Part shown: piece by piece, positions 13,200 to 29,860 of the stretch
How positions within the stretch are numbered: the first letter of the stretch is position 1
Layout: each line of letters opens with the position of its first letter
Program-made: the position numbers and the translations under genes
Origin: the human T2T-CHM13v2.0 reference genome, Homo sapiens
Reading direction: 5' to 3' (one strand)
Assembly: GCF_009914755.1 (NCBI RefSeq)
Contig: NC_060935.1
DNA length: 64,000 nucleotides
Notes under the pieces: generated by a model
The model's input: the letters and a program-made list of their open reading frames with translations, nothing else
The model's database searches: none
What the model was told of the DNA's origin: nothing

Positions 13200-14200
13200 T
13201 CATTTTAGGCAAAAATAAGCTCTAAGAAGAAAATCAAGCAGATGTGGTGATAGAGAAGAAATAAGAGGCAGGAGTGGCCTCTCTGAGAAGGTTAAATTTA
13301 AACTGAAGCATGAAAAATGAGGAGCAGCCAGGCTCAGAGCCAGACAGGGAAAGAAAACAACAGGTGCAAAGCTCCCGGGGTGGGAAAGAGCGTGGAGTGT
13401 CGTAGAAACTGTCACAGAGCCAGGGAGGGCTGGGTAATAGTGACAAGGGGCACAGGAACGGGGAATGAGGTTGGAGAGCTAAACAGGTGGGCAGAAGCCA
13501 GATTCCATGTGGTGTTTAAGGCAGAGTAAGGAGTTTAAATATTTTCTATGTAGAATTGGAAGTCATTAAAAGGTTTAAGCAGGGAAAAGACATGAACTGG
13601 TTTTGTTTTGTGTTTTAAAGATCACTCTAGCTACTCTCTGATGAATGGATTGTTGGGATGGGGTTGCAGCAGAGAGATCAGCGAGGCAGCCACTGCAATA
13701 AGATGGGCAGTAGATAAGATGACTTGGGTTGGGATGGTAGCAAGAGGAGACCAGGAGAATAAAACAGCTTAAGGTGCATTTTAGATGTAGAATCAACAGG
13801 ACTTGCTCATAGACTGAATAACAGGAATGAAGGAAGGGCAGAAATTAAGGGCAACTCCCAAGTTTCTGGCCTGAGCCCACAGGTGGGTGAAGAGGCCCCT
13901 TTTCTTTGGGGGTAATGCCAGGAAGGATGAAGGTTGGGTGCAATGAGAAAGAGTTTAGGAGCAGGAGAAAATCAAGAGTTCCATGTTGGACATCTCAATA
14001 CTGGGATTCTTATGCGGCATCTAATTAAAGGCCTCATCTATCATTACTTACACAGTTAAGTACATGAATCCGGAGCTCAGACGAGAGGGCAGGGGTGAAG
14101 ATATGAATGTTGGGGCATCGTCATAGTGATGGCATGTACGTCACTGCGTTAGGTGAGCTCACCCAGGGAGAGAGTGGAGACAGAGCCAAGAGGATAACCC
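13200..14200 (-). mobile_element. L2
   Basis: ttttaaagatcactctagct; gtagaatcaacaggacttgct; gagttccatgttggacat. Confidence 0.7.
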
Positions 14201-15439
14201 CGAGGTGATACAGGAGGAGACTCGCCTTCATGACAGGAAGAAAGGGTGATTCAAGGCAAAGGGTGATTCACCCAACCCAAGGTGAATGGACCCAAAAAGA
14301 GAGAAACAGCCAAAGAGAATGTGGTCCCACCCCAGAGCCTAGTGCCTACCAAGGAAACCACAGTGGGGCCCTGTGAAGATTAAATAAATAATGCATAGGA
14401 AAGCGTCTAGTGAACTACAACTTATTATACAATAGGTGGTAAAAGGATTACTATCTCATCTTTGATTTTTGTATGTGTTTACTGCTTTTCCCCTTACTAA
14501 GGGGCAAACACATAAAGGCAAAGATGCCACTTCATTCACTCCTTTTGTTCTCTAGCACCTAGAACAAGTAAATGTTTATTGGCTGATGGGTCAATTGTTG
14601 TTTTGACCATGCCTAGGAGAATTACTCTCCAATGCCTGCTTCAGGTTGGCTTCTGATAGACCATTCTTGCTGCTTCCTGCAACTTCGTACTTGCAAGACA
14701 CACATTAGAACTCTTTAATCCTGAGGAAAGCATGCAGCAGAATCTCCTTCTTTCCAATCGATAGGAACAGAATAGATGCTCATCTGTTCAGGATGGATTT
14801 TTTTCCCCCTTTAGCTTTGCCAAGAAAATTCAAAATCACACACAAGAGTGGGAGAACTCATTTGAACTAAAAGGAAACAAGGGTTTAACTGAAACTCTTG
14901 TAAGAGATCTGGACTTCAGCATATTTCTCGGCAGGGAACATCAATAAGGTAGGCCATCAATCAGAGCAGAGCAAATGCTACTGGAGAACTTTGCGAGAGG
15001 AAAAAAAATAAATTTTCTTACTTTTTCCTCCATCAAGTTGTTCTTGTCTATTTTTCAAAGAAGCTTTCCTTTTCTCCTGCTAAAGCCAAATACAGCCTCA
15101 AGAAAAAAAAAAAAATTACAGATCTTCTCGCTTATGTTAGAAATCCCCCCTTCCTTCTCGCAGGACTTCTAAACTTTCTTCTTCACCTAACTGCCTTTCA
15201 GGAAATCTGAGGCAAAAAAGAGATTAATCTGTATTGTAAAAGGTGAGAAGGTTTAGAGGTTAAGCCGTCTCAGCAGACAATAGTAGAATGCACTTTCAAA
15301 ACACATTCTGAGACGATGCATACCACCCTCCTTACATCAAAAATAAAACTCCATGAGAATAGCCAACATCTAAAAGGCCTAGAAGTGGAACTACAAATGA
15401 TATTAACATGGCATATATGGAAGCCGTCCAGACTTCACA

Positions 15440-16343
<904 letters not shown>

Positions 16344-17883
16344 TCACTCAGGTTGTGACTCTTCTACAATCATGAAGTCCTGTGATTTTATGCTTGTTTT
16401 AATCAACTATGGACTTCCAGCTTTTCAAAACAGGCCAATCCCTTGGCTGACAGAACAGAAACCATGAAAGTCTGCAAAGATGAACCAAGGTTTTGCACAT
16501 CTCAAGTGGGCTGAAAACTATTGGTTCTATTTTGAACCCACAGAAATGGAAGGAATTGGCATTTTTTTCAGAAAGAACAATGAGAAATTCCACAGTCCTT
16601 CTCTATCTCACAGTCTTGGTAGAGTTTCCTGCCATAATCAAACATGAAATATTTTATATTATAGATGACAAGAAACAGCAACTGACCCAAGGAGGTAAGG
16701 GCAGGCCTAGAAAGCAGTGGAAGCCACAATCACAGCTCACTGTGATGACCACGTATTACAGTACTCATTGCACCTGTGGCAAAACAGGGCCCATACCACC
16801 TAGAAAACAGCACGGTCATGTGGAAAACCAGGGCTGGAAGCCAAATGTCTGACACTCGCATGCTGAGCTCTTCTTTTGACTTTTCTGTTTCATAGCATCA
16901 GTAGGAAACAAAGAGCAGATTTTCCTGATCCAACATGATTAGGTATCAAATTTTCAGATATAGAATGATGGTGTTCCCCTGCCTAAACGGCAATGATTAA
17001 GTTCCATCTGAAATGGCTGACAGAAGCCCTGTCGTGGCTTCAGTCTAAATTGTTGAAGCATCAGAATTATATGGTGCTTTTATTATCTTGTGGAATGCAT
17101 GTCCCTGGGGTACTTCTTTGAGTTCAACTAAAACGACAGTTTAATTCTCAGTAAATGAGTGCTAATTAAAATGCTGGGGGAAAGACTGTCATAATTGAAT
17201 AATGAGAATAATGCAGAATACATTTGTTTAAAGGTTCCTGTAAGCTGAATTTCAGGATCAGAAAATGGTCTTTAGGAGCTCACAGGCAAAACCAACTCTG
17301 AAAAACCTTTAATACTCAGCATGGGTATTCACTAAGTTAAGTCTCCACCCTGAGTAGGAATTGTTTTAAAGCTGCTGTAAGAGTCTAAATCTTTCCTTCA
17401 CGTTTTATTTCTTGCAAATGTTTGTGAACGTGTTCCTTGCTCTTAGATTTTGTGAAATGTAGGCTAGAGTAGAACTTATAGCACTGAAATCCATTTCTGC
17501 TTTACTCTTAGACAGGTAGCCATGATGGCATCTCTGGAGCCAAGTCTCTAGAATGCAATAGTCTTTGACATAATAGTGCTTTCGCAAAGCTGGAGAATTA
17601 GACAATGCCAAAATTAGAAAGTGTTTGGAAGGAAGCAATGTGAAGTTAGTGGGAAGAACATCAGATTCTCATCTTAGCTTTGCCAATAATTCTAAAACAG
17701 GATATAAATAATCTATCCTGGATCCTTATCATTTAGTTAAACCTGTTTGGAGGGTAAAATGAGATAATGCACTTAAAAATAATTCTAAAAGAAAAAAATT
17801 ATAAAATGAAATAAAACTTTATCTCAACAATTGGTTGACTTAGTATAAATTTATTTAACAATTGGTTGACTTTGGTATAAATA

Positions 17884-18215
17884 CAGGTTGAGAATCCAAA
17901 ATCTTAAATATTCCAAATTCTGAAACTTTTTGAGTGCCAACAAGGTGCCACAAGTGGAGAATTCCACACCTGACTTCAGGTGATGAGTCACAGTCAAAAC
18001 TTTTTTTCATGCACATAGTTATTTAAAATATTGTATAAAATTACCTTTAGGCTATGTGTATAAGGTGTATGTGAAATAAATGAATTTTCATATTTAGATT
18101 TGGGTCCCATCCCAAAATATCTCATTACGTATGTAAATATTACAAAATCTGAAAAAGATTTCAAATTTGAAACACTTCTGGTCCCAACCATTTCAGATAA
18201 GGGATACTCAAACTG
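17884..18215. mobile_element. Tigger4 (Zombi/MER46-type) non-autonomous DNA transposon
   Basis: Terminal inverted repeats caggttgagaatcc / ggatactcaaactg, each flanked by TA. Confidence 0.85.
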
Positions 18216-19061
18216 TAACATAAACCTCATATTTATTTTCCTAATTCAGATGAGTCTGGTATTAATATATTTAACAGGGTAGGTCTGTAATGGCCAAGCT
18301 CATTACAGTAGTATATTATTAGGGAAATCTGTATTATCCTAAAATACAAAATGTATCCTTAATCCCACACGATGTTCAATTTATATACTAACCCCCACCC
18401 TCAGCTGCTGAGATAATTGGATTGACTTTCATGCTTCTCAGTTTCTACGTTTCCTTTAGCTCTTCCATCCTAGTAATAGTTAATTTCAAAGGCTTTAGGA
18501 TTTTATTGAATGCAATCTATTCAGTGAGTTTCTGTCCTGTCCTTAAAGATCTATGGGAAAAATAAATTCTATAACCTCCTTCTACGCCTAACAACTTTTA
18601 CAGTGAGTAAATTCTGTACAATCTGAATTCCTTGATTGTGAAAAAATGTCCCCAGGGCCACCCATTGGGAGGCCTCCCATACACTTACTAATCCAACACA
18701 GCTTAGAGGCCTTGACAGCTCCAGCGGTGCTGCTTAGACACCCCCCTTATGAATATGCAAAGACAATCTTTCACTTACAAAAGAAACTGATATAGCCATT
18801 ATGGCCTGTGGTTAATCAAACCTCCATTCACTTCCCTCTGCTTTGAGAACCGTCATCAAGAAAATGTGTTGCTAAGCAAACTTAGCAGTAAGGACCTGGT
18901 TCCCGTATAAATGACTGCCTAGAGGGCAGCTTGCTTAGAAGTAAGAATCCAGGTTTTTTTCAGCTTCTAATTTGATTTCCTGTAAAATTCAAGCTCATCA
19001 TTCAGTTTAAGGAAGATTTGAAAGTTGCTCACACATTTATCATTTAAACAAGTTCGAGTTT

Positions 19062-19117
19062 ACACACACACAGACACACATGCACATGCATGCACATGCA
19101 CACAGACACACACACAC
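19062..19117. repeat. Interrupted (CA)n/(CATG)n microsatellite
   Basis: Direct reading. Confidence 0.85.
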
Positions 19118-19445
19118 TTCCTCATACCAGGTCCTCCCTCTTGCTTCTGCAATTGTTTTTTTGGAAAACCTCCAAGCTTAAGCCAAGGAAATGCATAATA
19201 GAGAAGCTGCTGACTTTCCAAGCATCTGGTGAATTCACAACTTTCACTGAGCCTTACATAATATATCATCAATATTCATTCTTTCATAGACATATATCTT
19301 AGTCATTCCCACCTCCCCCAGGAAACTTGGTCAAGGGAAAACATAAAGGACGTTTCATAGCAAATTCTTAATAGAGAGTACACATGAGTAGAAATATACC
19401 CTGCTTTGCAACTAACTTTCGGTGTAACCTTAAAAGATCACTTAA

Positions 19446-19847
<402 letters not shown>

Positions 19848-20305
19848 TTAACGTATTTCATAAATGACCTGGATTATCACATTCTGTCTTGGTTAGCCAA
19901 AACTTGTTTTATAGGATTTAGGCACTAATTTTTTCCAGTGGGTGGTAAACCAGTGGTCTCAATTCTCCATTCTATGCAAAAATTTTAGTTTACCACTTGG
20001 AAAAGAATTCAAAGAGATGAGATAAGACCCAGGCAGCATAGAACTGGATTGTGGTATTAAGTAATCAAATCTGAGCTACCAAATTTATTTTAGAAAAATG
20101 CTTTATTAGATGGTGGATGTAGATTGCAGGTTATGTCATACAACATTCACATTTAATTGCTTTATGCCAAATAACCTTGCTTTTGCCATTTCTTAAGGTA
20201 TTTGCATACAATAAACATGATTAGAGAATATTGTGTTATTCTGCATTTTCCTAGATTCTGTATTTGTCTATTTGGCATCCATTCAGCACAGGGCCAATTA
20301 TATTT

Positions 20306-21278
20306 GCTACGTTTTTAAATTTTCTATATTCTTGATGTTACGGCATTTGAGGGTCTTACATACCCAAAAAGAGACTGTCCCTTCCAGGGTTAGCTAATTC
20401 CTAAAGATAGTAAACAAGTTACTTGAGTGCATGTCTCTCATATGCAAGCCGACCACCCCCTTTATCTAACTCTCACATACAAAGCCAATATTTCTTCTGC
20501 CCTAAATCATCCCAGGACCAGTGCTATGATTTGGGTGTGGTTTGTTCCTGCCAAAACTCATGTTGAAATTTGATTCCCAGTGTGGCAGTGTTGAGAGGTC
20601 GGGCCTGGTAGGAGGTGTTTGGGTCAGTGGGGTGGATCCCTCATGAACAGATCAATGTCCTTCTGAGAAGGTGAGGGAGTTCTCACTCTTGCTAATAGGT
20701 TAGTTCCCATGAGAACAGGTTGTTAAAAAGGGTCTAGCTTCTTCTCCTGCCATGTGATCTCTGCACATACTCTCCCTCCTTCCACTTTCCACCATGAGTT
20801 GAAGAAGCATGAGGCTCTCATGAGATGCAGCTGCCCAACCTTGAAATTTCCAGCCACCAGAATCATGAGCCAAATAGATCTCTTTTCTTTATAAATTATA
20901 AATGACCCAGCCTCCGGTATTCTGTTATAGCAACATTAAAATGACAAAGACAGCCAGATACTAGGCATCTAAGGACTACCCCTATAGCCCGAAGCCCTCT
21001 AGAATTTTATTCAAACTAGCCAGTCCAAAACTGCTTACTCTGCCCTGCCTTGCCTTTCCTTTGGAAACCCCATAAAGAGAGGCTTTGGCTTAGATTCTCC
21101 TCTCTCCACTTTCTGCCTTGTGACCAATACTCGTGCTCCCCATGTGCACTTGTGTAGCATGACATGGCCCTTCTCTGGGAATGCAAGGGAGAAAAATGTT
21201 CTTTCCATGGCATGAGCTTCCCCATGTCACCACTTGGTAATCTCCATAAATTAAAACCCCGTGGGCACAAATGAGACA
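20306..21278 (+). mobile_element. ERVL-class LTR (MER54/MER74-like) split by an MST LTR
   Basis: gagactgtcccttccagggttagctaattcctaaagatag...ttattcaaactagccagtcc; resumes after the MST insertion. Confidence 0.6.
20522..20952 (+). mobile_element. MSTB-like MaLR solo LTR
   Basis: tgctatgatttgg...aaaactcatgttgaaatttg...ctgttatagcaac...aagaca; TSD accag/gccag. Confidence 0.88.
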
Positions 21279-21335
21279 CATGTCTGCCCTCAGTTTAGTT
21301 TGTTATGGTATTAATGTTATTTGATATAGGATAAG

Positions 21336-21697
21336 TGATATGGTTTGGCTCTGTGTCCCCACCCAAACCTCATCTCAAATTATAATCACCACGTGTCAAG
21401 GGAGGAAAGAGATTAGATTATGGGGGTGATTTCCTCCATGCTGTTCTCATGATAGTGAGTGAATTCTCACGAGATCTGATGGTTTTATAAATATGGTCGT
21501 TTTTCTTGCACTCATTCTCTCTCTTGCCTGCTACCATGCAAGATGTGCCTTTGCTTCTCCTTCACCTTCCACCATGGCTGTAAGTTTTCTGAGGCTTCCC
21601 CAGTCATTCAGAACTGAGAGTCAATTAAAACTCCTTCCTTTATAAATTACCCAGTCTTGGGTATTTCTTTATAACAGTATGAGAACGGACTAATACA
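21336..21697 (+). mobile_element. THE1D-like MaLR solo LTR
   Basis: tgatatggtttggctctgtgtccccaccc...gagaacggactaataca; TSD ataag/atgag. Confidence 0.9.
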
Positions 21698-21909
21698 ATG
21701 AGAGGTAGCAACAAGTAAATTGCCCTCTAAAGACTTAAGCTCCACTCAACCCTGAACTTCTTGATTACAGAAACGGTGTAATTATTTATCTCACTGTGTC
21801 TCCTGGACACAGTGCTTGGCACATGTGAAGTTCCAATTAGTTTTCACAGAATAAATACATTGGAAATGGCTAAATTAATATTTTCCATTAGTGTGATGGT
21901 GACCATAGA

Positions 21910-22070
21910 TCAATGGTCCAGAATCATCTGAGCACTTGTGCAAAGATGAGATTCTGAAGCCCTACTCGATGCTTTCTGAATCCTAATCTCTCTTTATGAG
22001 GCTGAGGGATCTGCCATTTAAACAAACTCCAAGGCAGTTCTTGGTTACATTTTGGTAAGAGAATCTCTGC
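21910..22070. mobile_element. MER5A-like relic
   Basis: cagaatcatctgagcacttg...ctgaatc...tttaaacaaactcc. Confidence 0.5.
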
Positions 22071-22397
22071 TTTGCTTTCTTGTCTCAAAAGCATCATTCT
22101 TGGCTTTAATGGAACTCTTCAGTCAAGATGAAGCACATAATGATTCTAAAATATGAGGAACTCTTATTCCAAACACTTACTATTCATATGTAGTTTGAGG
22201 ACCTATATTTTTGATATTCCAAAAACCTATCAACAATGCCAATATGTGGATGACTATTTGGTGCTCAATCCATCTCTGACATCAGATGCATGAAATCAGT
22301 TTCTCCTATATCTGTTTTGCCTTCTAATTAATATGAATTGATTGGTTAAGTTTTTCCAATATGGAAACTAACAGACTTTTGAGTCAAATAATATGTG

Positions 22398-22399
<2 letters not shown>

Positions 22400-22431
<32 letters not shown>
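22400..22431. repeat. (TG)16 microsatellite
   Basis: Direct reading. Confidence 0.95.
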
Positions 22432-22433
<2 letters not shown>

Positions 22434-25400
22434 TGCATACATGTTAACATGTGTTTAAATGCTTTACTTTTGTTTTACTTTATTCAATTCATTCATTAGC
22501 TTGCAACCAGTCAAGTGTGACTTCTTAATAGTGTGGGTTATGTATACTCCTTCAATCAACTCTTGGCATCTTATGCCCTCATCTTCTTCTCAGAACACTT
22601 GTATGAGACCTCTGCCTGCTTTGGCTACATCTTATAGAAAAGGTTCTCTGAGGGCACTTGTGGATTTTTTTTTTTATTCAGTCATGAGAAAACACATGAA
22701 AGTACATTCTAATGAATATTCAGGTCCACATTCCTGAAAAATATGCTCCTCAGGGGCGCCATGGCATAGCTTTGTGAAGGAGCTCTTCTCTAATAACAGT
22801 TGATATGAATCAAGGTCTCAGCCAAGCCTTCAGTGAAGTTTTCCATCCAACCTTTTCTCTTAGAATTGACGATTCTGGCACTTCTGTCAACATTGTGCCT
22901 ACAGCTTCTGTGACATGACTGAAACTCCTCAAGGGCAGTAAGTGATGGCATGTCTTTTTTTCCTTTCATCTCACCTTCTGTCTCTCTCAAAGGCATCAGG
23001 AAAAATCTGAGATAAGATGCTTACTTCTACACAGGCGACAATGCAGCCACATGAATAAGTAATTAAGTATAAGTCAGTTTCTCAGACCTCAAAGGGCCAG
23101 AATGTTAGAATGGAAGAGGGTGAGAGATACACACTGAGTGTCCCCCTGGCAAATCTGTGGGGCGCTCAGCTTCTCTAAGCCCATCTCTGGGCCCCTGGCA
23201 GTTCACATTTTTGTCCTAAAGGGCTGAGCTTCCCCTCTGATGCTGCTAATCATGTCTCTCCTCTGTTTCATGACCGAAATTCTGGCTGCCCTGGAACTCA
23301 TGGATCTCATTTGCTGATCACCACTATTGTTGGCCTGTTCTCTCTTATGAGTCCCCTAATGCTGCAGTTACATTGATCCTTACAGAGTTTGGACTACATC
23401 AAAATTTTCAAGGTACAAGATTGGGATGGAAAAGGAAGAAAAGAGGTAGAAGAAGGGCTCTTCCTTCCCTAGCATTTTGATGGCTTCATGAAGTCCAAAC
23501 AAAATGGCACTATTCTTTTAAGGCCTTTAATTGTGTCCCTGGTGTGAATAATATTTCATTTGATTTGATTTTTCAGTGACTTTCATGAAATTCTGTCCTT
23601 CAAAGAACAACAAATAAAACACTTGCCACTAATTATCTGTGACTGCATCAGACAACAATGTGAATGTGACCACATTTAAGACCAAAGCTCTTTGCTCTCC
23701 AACAACCAGAAGCCCTGGACAAGGAGAGTGCAGTGACTATCCCACTTCTAGTTGTCCTACTCCTAGGGCTAGCTATCAAGACTACAGCTCTAGCCTGTCC
23801 ACTTATTGTTCCTCTTTCTATGAGACCCAGAGGAAATGATAATTTAGCAACCTTCACAGTTAAGCCCACGTGCCCTAGAGCAGCTACCTTCAAATCCTTT
23901 GTCATGTAAGACTTAGCCAGATTCTGCCACAGAGATGAAGGTGAACCCCCTCCAGCCATCCAGTAATATTGCCAATTAAATCAGATAAACCAAATTGCAT
24001 CTAGTAGATATCTCTAACTCAACTGGCTCTAGGGAAATAGTGACTGCCAGCAGGTGGTTCAGAGCAACTCTTTGTAATACTCATTTCCTGTTGCTTAAAG
24101 ATGTGAAAAAGACCAAGTCTACCAGCTTCTGGTGTTTGACAAACCAAGCTCCTGTTGGATCATATTTGAACAGACAGCTGTATCTGAGTGTGCCAGGGAA
24201 AGCCTTCCCAGACAATCAAGTAAGGTCAGCAAAAATTCCCCAGACTAGCTAAGAATTGGTAATCACCTAATCCCATGAAAACATAGTGGCAAGCTATGCG
24301 CACTGTTGGCTTTTTTGTACACGTTTGTTCATTTACCCATCACTCATTCACTAGCCAGTCATCCAGCTCTAATATGCACCCATCTCTGTCCTAGGTGCTG
24401 GGCACACACTGTCCCGGCCAACGCAAAGCCTACAGGCTAGTGGCCAATAATGACCACGCCTGTATTTTCTCATACATCAATCGGAACCTTTCCTGAAAAA
24501 AACTTACAGGATGCAATTCTTACTAATAAAACAAGATTGTCAGCAATGCTTAATTTAATTATTTAATTTTGTAACCGCAAAATAAAGTGGCAGAATAAAT
24601 GAAGTATTTATACCCTGGATCAAAGTCAAATAGAAGTTCCTGTCTAACCCAGGAATAGATTTCAAGTTGCCTAATGTCTAATCTGGTTTTCTCACTAATC
24701 ATCACTTCATCCCTTTGCAAGAGAAAACCTATAAAAAGTGTAACAGTCCCATGGCTAGAAAAATATGTAACTTAGATTATGCCTAGAAATAAAACAAACA
24801 AGCAAATAAAACCCCAATAAGACACAACCATATAAAAGGCCAATTCTTGCTTTCTGGATAATATCTGAACCAGGCAATGAGAGCAAAAACATCTGAATTC
24901 TGAATTAGCTGTCATAAGAGTGTCTTCTTTTTCCCAGTCTTCATCTATTCCCACTGAATATGAGTTCATACATCTTCTTCTGTAGTTAGCCAATGGAAGC
25001 CTTCCCATTACTCACTGGCATGTAATTCTTAATAGCTTATTTACTTACTGATTTGGAATGTATCATATTATAAATAACAAAATAGAAGGGAACGGGGGTA
25101 AGAAGCTTTTACATTAAGCATGATAAGAGAAGTGCACGTTGATAACGTGGGAAGAAGAAGAACTGGCATTAGGCATACAGCTATTCTCAGGAGTTAATGT
25201 TCATAACAATACTGGGTGTTCATCCTGCTGATACCGTCTTGCTTGACTAAAGAAATAACTGAAATCCAAGAGAAATTGAGTTTTAAGAAGATAACAATAT
25301 CTATGCTACACTTTTGATAGATTTCCATCAATGAATAATTTAGTAACATTCACTTACGCATGAATTTCCAAATAGTACTTTACTCTAGAATGGCAGCTTG

Positions 25401-25594
25401 TACAGTTTCTCAGACATGTGTTCAACCCATTGATCTTCATAGCAACCCTGTGAGGCACATAGATATTCATTTATTTATTCATTGTTTGTTCATTTGTTTT
25501 CACTATTTTTTCATTTGCCTTCTCATTTATTCTGCCAGTCAATAAGTATTTGTTGATTTCTTCCCCATTGTGGGCACTGTGCTACACTATTATC

Positions 25595-25795
25595 CTGGAC
25601 TGTCCAGTATGGTAGCCCCAAGCCACATGCGGCTATTGAAATTAATTAAAACTAAATGAGATTTTAAATTCAGTTATTCAATCACACTAGACACATTTTA
25701 AGTACTCCAAAACCACTTGTGGTTAAAGGTTACCTTATTAGAGTACAGATACAGAATATTTCCATCACTGCAGAAAATTCTATTGAACAGTACTG
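25595..25795 (-). mobile_element. MER3 hAT-Charlie MITE
   Basis: ctgtccagtatggtagcc...agccacatg...atttccatcactgcagaaaattctattgaacag matches the MER3 reverse complement. Confidence 0.85.
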
Positions 25796-26718
25796 CATAT
25801 TATCATCCATTGACAAATAGAGTCACCAAGACTTGCCAAGGGATGCCAAGCTGATTTACATCTTCTTAAGATTTATTACCTCTGACTTTGGAAAAGTACT
25901 ATCCTTCTACCTCACACTTACTTATACTTCCAAGTCTCTATATGGGAGATACAGGGGCAAGAGAGATGAGGGAGGATAACACACACTTGTTCCATTCTAG
26001 AAGATGCTCAGCCCAGCCACTGTTTCACGCCTACCCGTGGAAGGATATCCTGCAACTTCCCTTCTCCTGTTAGTTATGTTTTGTTCTATCTTCAGCACAT
26101 CTCATTCACCTACACTGCCTGAGCCAGTTAAGCAAGTGACTGTCTCTCTCCTTTTCTCAGTGATTTCCAAGAACTCCACATCCACAATTACTAACCTACT
26201 CTAAGGTACCATTGCTTGCTTTAAAATTCTGTCTATATTGTTGACAACTATGAAAACAATCCAACTCCCTTTCTCTTCTTTGCCTTTACTTCCCTTTTTC
26301 AGATGACAGAGCCAAGGTTGGAGAATTCTTCCAAAGAATACCTCAAGGCAACAAAACTGTCATTTCTTACAGAGGAGCTGCCCAATCTTTCACCTTCTGC
26401 TGTGCTCACCTATGATGCCAGCCCCCATAACAACAAAATCTTTCTCTTGAAGAAGAGTAATGTAACTTTTCCAGGAATGCTCATGTTTTTCTCTCAACCG
26501 GGAAATTAGATATTGAAAAGGAACAGTCTTTGTTACCTTAGAGTTATTCTGAAAGTTTAATTTCTTTTTAAGCAGAAAATATAGACTCAAAATGCAGAGG
26601 AAGCATTTCTGTATCCATGCAAGAAAAAAAAATGATAAAGAAACTAGAGTGGATATGATCTAATAAGCATGTTAGGGACAAACCCTAAAGATAACTCAAG
26701 GATTTTAAAAGGATTAAT

Positions 26719-27022
26719 GGCAAGTCATGATGATTCATGCCAGTAATCCCAGCACTTTAGGAGGCTGAGGTGGCAGGATGACTTGTGCCCAGGACTTCAA
26801 GACCAGCCTGGGCAACATAGTGAAACCTCGTCCTTACGAATAATTTAAAAAGAAAAAAATTAGCTGGTCATGGTGGTGTGTGCCTGTGGACCCAGCTGTT
26901 TGAGAGGCTGAAGTGGCAGGATCACTTGAGCCAGGGATTTTAATGCTGCAGTGAGTCATATGGACTTCACTGCACTCCAACGTGAGAGACAAAGCGAGAC
27001 CCCATCTCAAATAAAACAAAAT
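26719..27022 (+). mobile_element. AluJ
   Basis: Diverged dimeric Alu with J-type right arm. Confidence 0.9.
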
Positions 27023-27182
27023 AATTAATGTTGTTTATGAGAAAAGAAGTAATGGAAATGTGAAGAGGTGATTCTGCAGGCCAACCAGAAGCTATGGAAA
27101 AGACCACCTTAAGCTCAAAGAAAAATACAGACTCAGTTGTTACCACCGAAGTCTTATCAAAAACCTTCACCAGTCACGGAGC

Positions 27183-28608
<1,426 letters not shown>

Positions 28609-29529
28609 TCACGGAGCTTTGAGGAAGCACTGCAGCCTTAACCAAAAAATAAAACTAAATACAACAAGTATAACAAAATAAAATAAATAAAGGTTGCTTT
28701 GTGAAGGCCAGTACAATGAGTGAATGAAGGGACTGTTGTAATTTAACACAGCCTTTAATTTAAAAAAAATTTTTGGGGTGAGGACATTTTCCCCTGAATG
28801 TCAAGTACTGGTTAAACACTGTGGCAGCACAGTCTGCAGTGAATGAGATATGAGAAGCGAATGAGTTCCCATTCAGAGGGAAAGATGATGACCTGAGTCT
28901 CAAAACCAATAGTGGACCCTGGGGCCCCCAGCTGCCCAGCTCCAGCCAGCTACAGGTGCTGAAAACCATCAAGCACAGGGCTTTTCTGCACCTACCCCTG
29001 AATGAATGTAAGCTCTAAGGAACCCCACTGCCCTGAAACCCCAGTGGATGAGCCCACAAGAGGTCATTCTGCCCGAGGTATACTTCAGTCTACCCAGCTA
29101 AAGCCTTCCTTCCTCCTCCCTGTTACCCAACCACTGGTTTCCAGAATACTAGCCAGTTCTCTCCTGGACTACAGTCCTATTCTGAACCCAGGTGATTTGC
29201 TAGCGTTCACAGGGAAGCTGGACCCTGCCAGGCGGTGCTTAACACATCTGGAACCACCAGCCTGGGGCGTATTCTCACTGCTTCAAGAGCCTTATTATAA
29301 TACCTCCTCCCATATTGACCCCCTAAGGACATTGAGGCCAGCCTACATTGGACCCAATCTGCCATGTCCCCTTGATGTTGTGATTTGACCACATTTCGAC
29401 AGCTGTGTTTATCCTCCTAGCTCTGGTCTAAGCTCTCCTGGCCAGCTGACCACTGAGATTCTAAGCAAGCTGTCCAATTTTAAGCTGATCATTGCAGATC
29501 CAAGATGCTAGTATCATACAAAATCAAAC

Positions 29530-29860
29530 ATATGAATGCCTGTAAAGCCTTGTAGACCAAAGTAAAAAATTTGTATTTGATTCTAAGTATAAGTAAAGAG
29601 TTTTATGCAGAAGAGTGGCATAATATAAGGTACCTTTTAAAAATGCAACTCTGGCTACGACGTGAAGAATAGATCTTAAAGTGGTAAGAGAAGATGTGAG
29701 GTAACAAGTTGGGAGAAAACCTAATAGACCAGGGCTTACCTAGTGCTCACATGGTAGTTCAGGTGAGAAACAGTGATGACTTGGACTAGGGTGGTAGCAG
29801 TGGAGATAGACAAAAATATAAGGATTAGAGATATGTTTTAAAGGTAGAGTTGATTAACAT
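29530..29860 (-). mobile_element. L2 fragment
   Basis: caggtgagaaacagtgatgacttggactagggtggtagcagtggagat. Confidence 0.65.
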
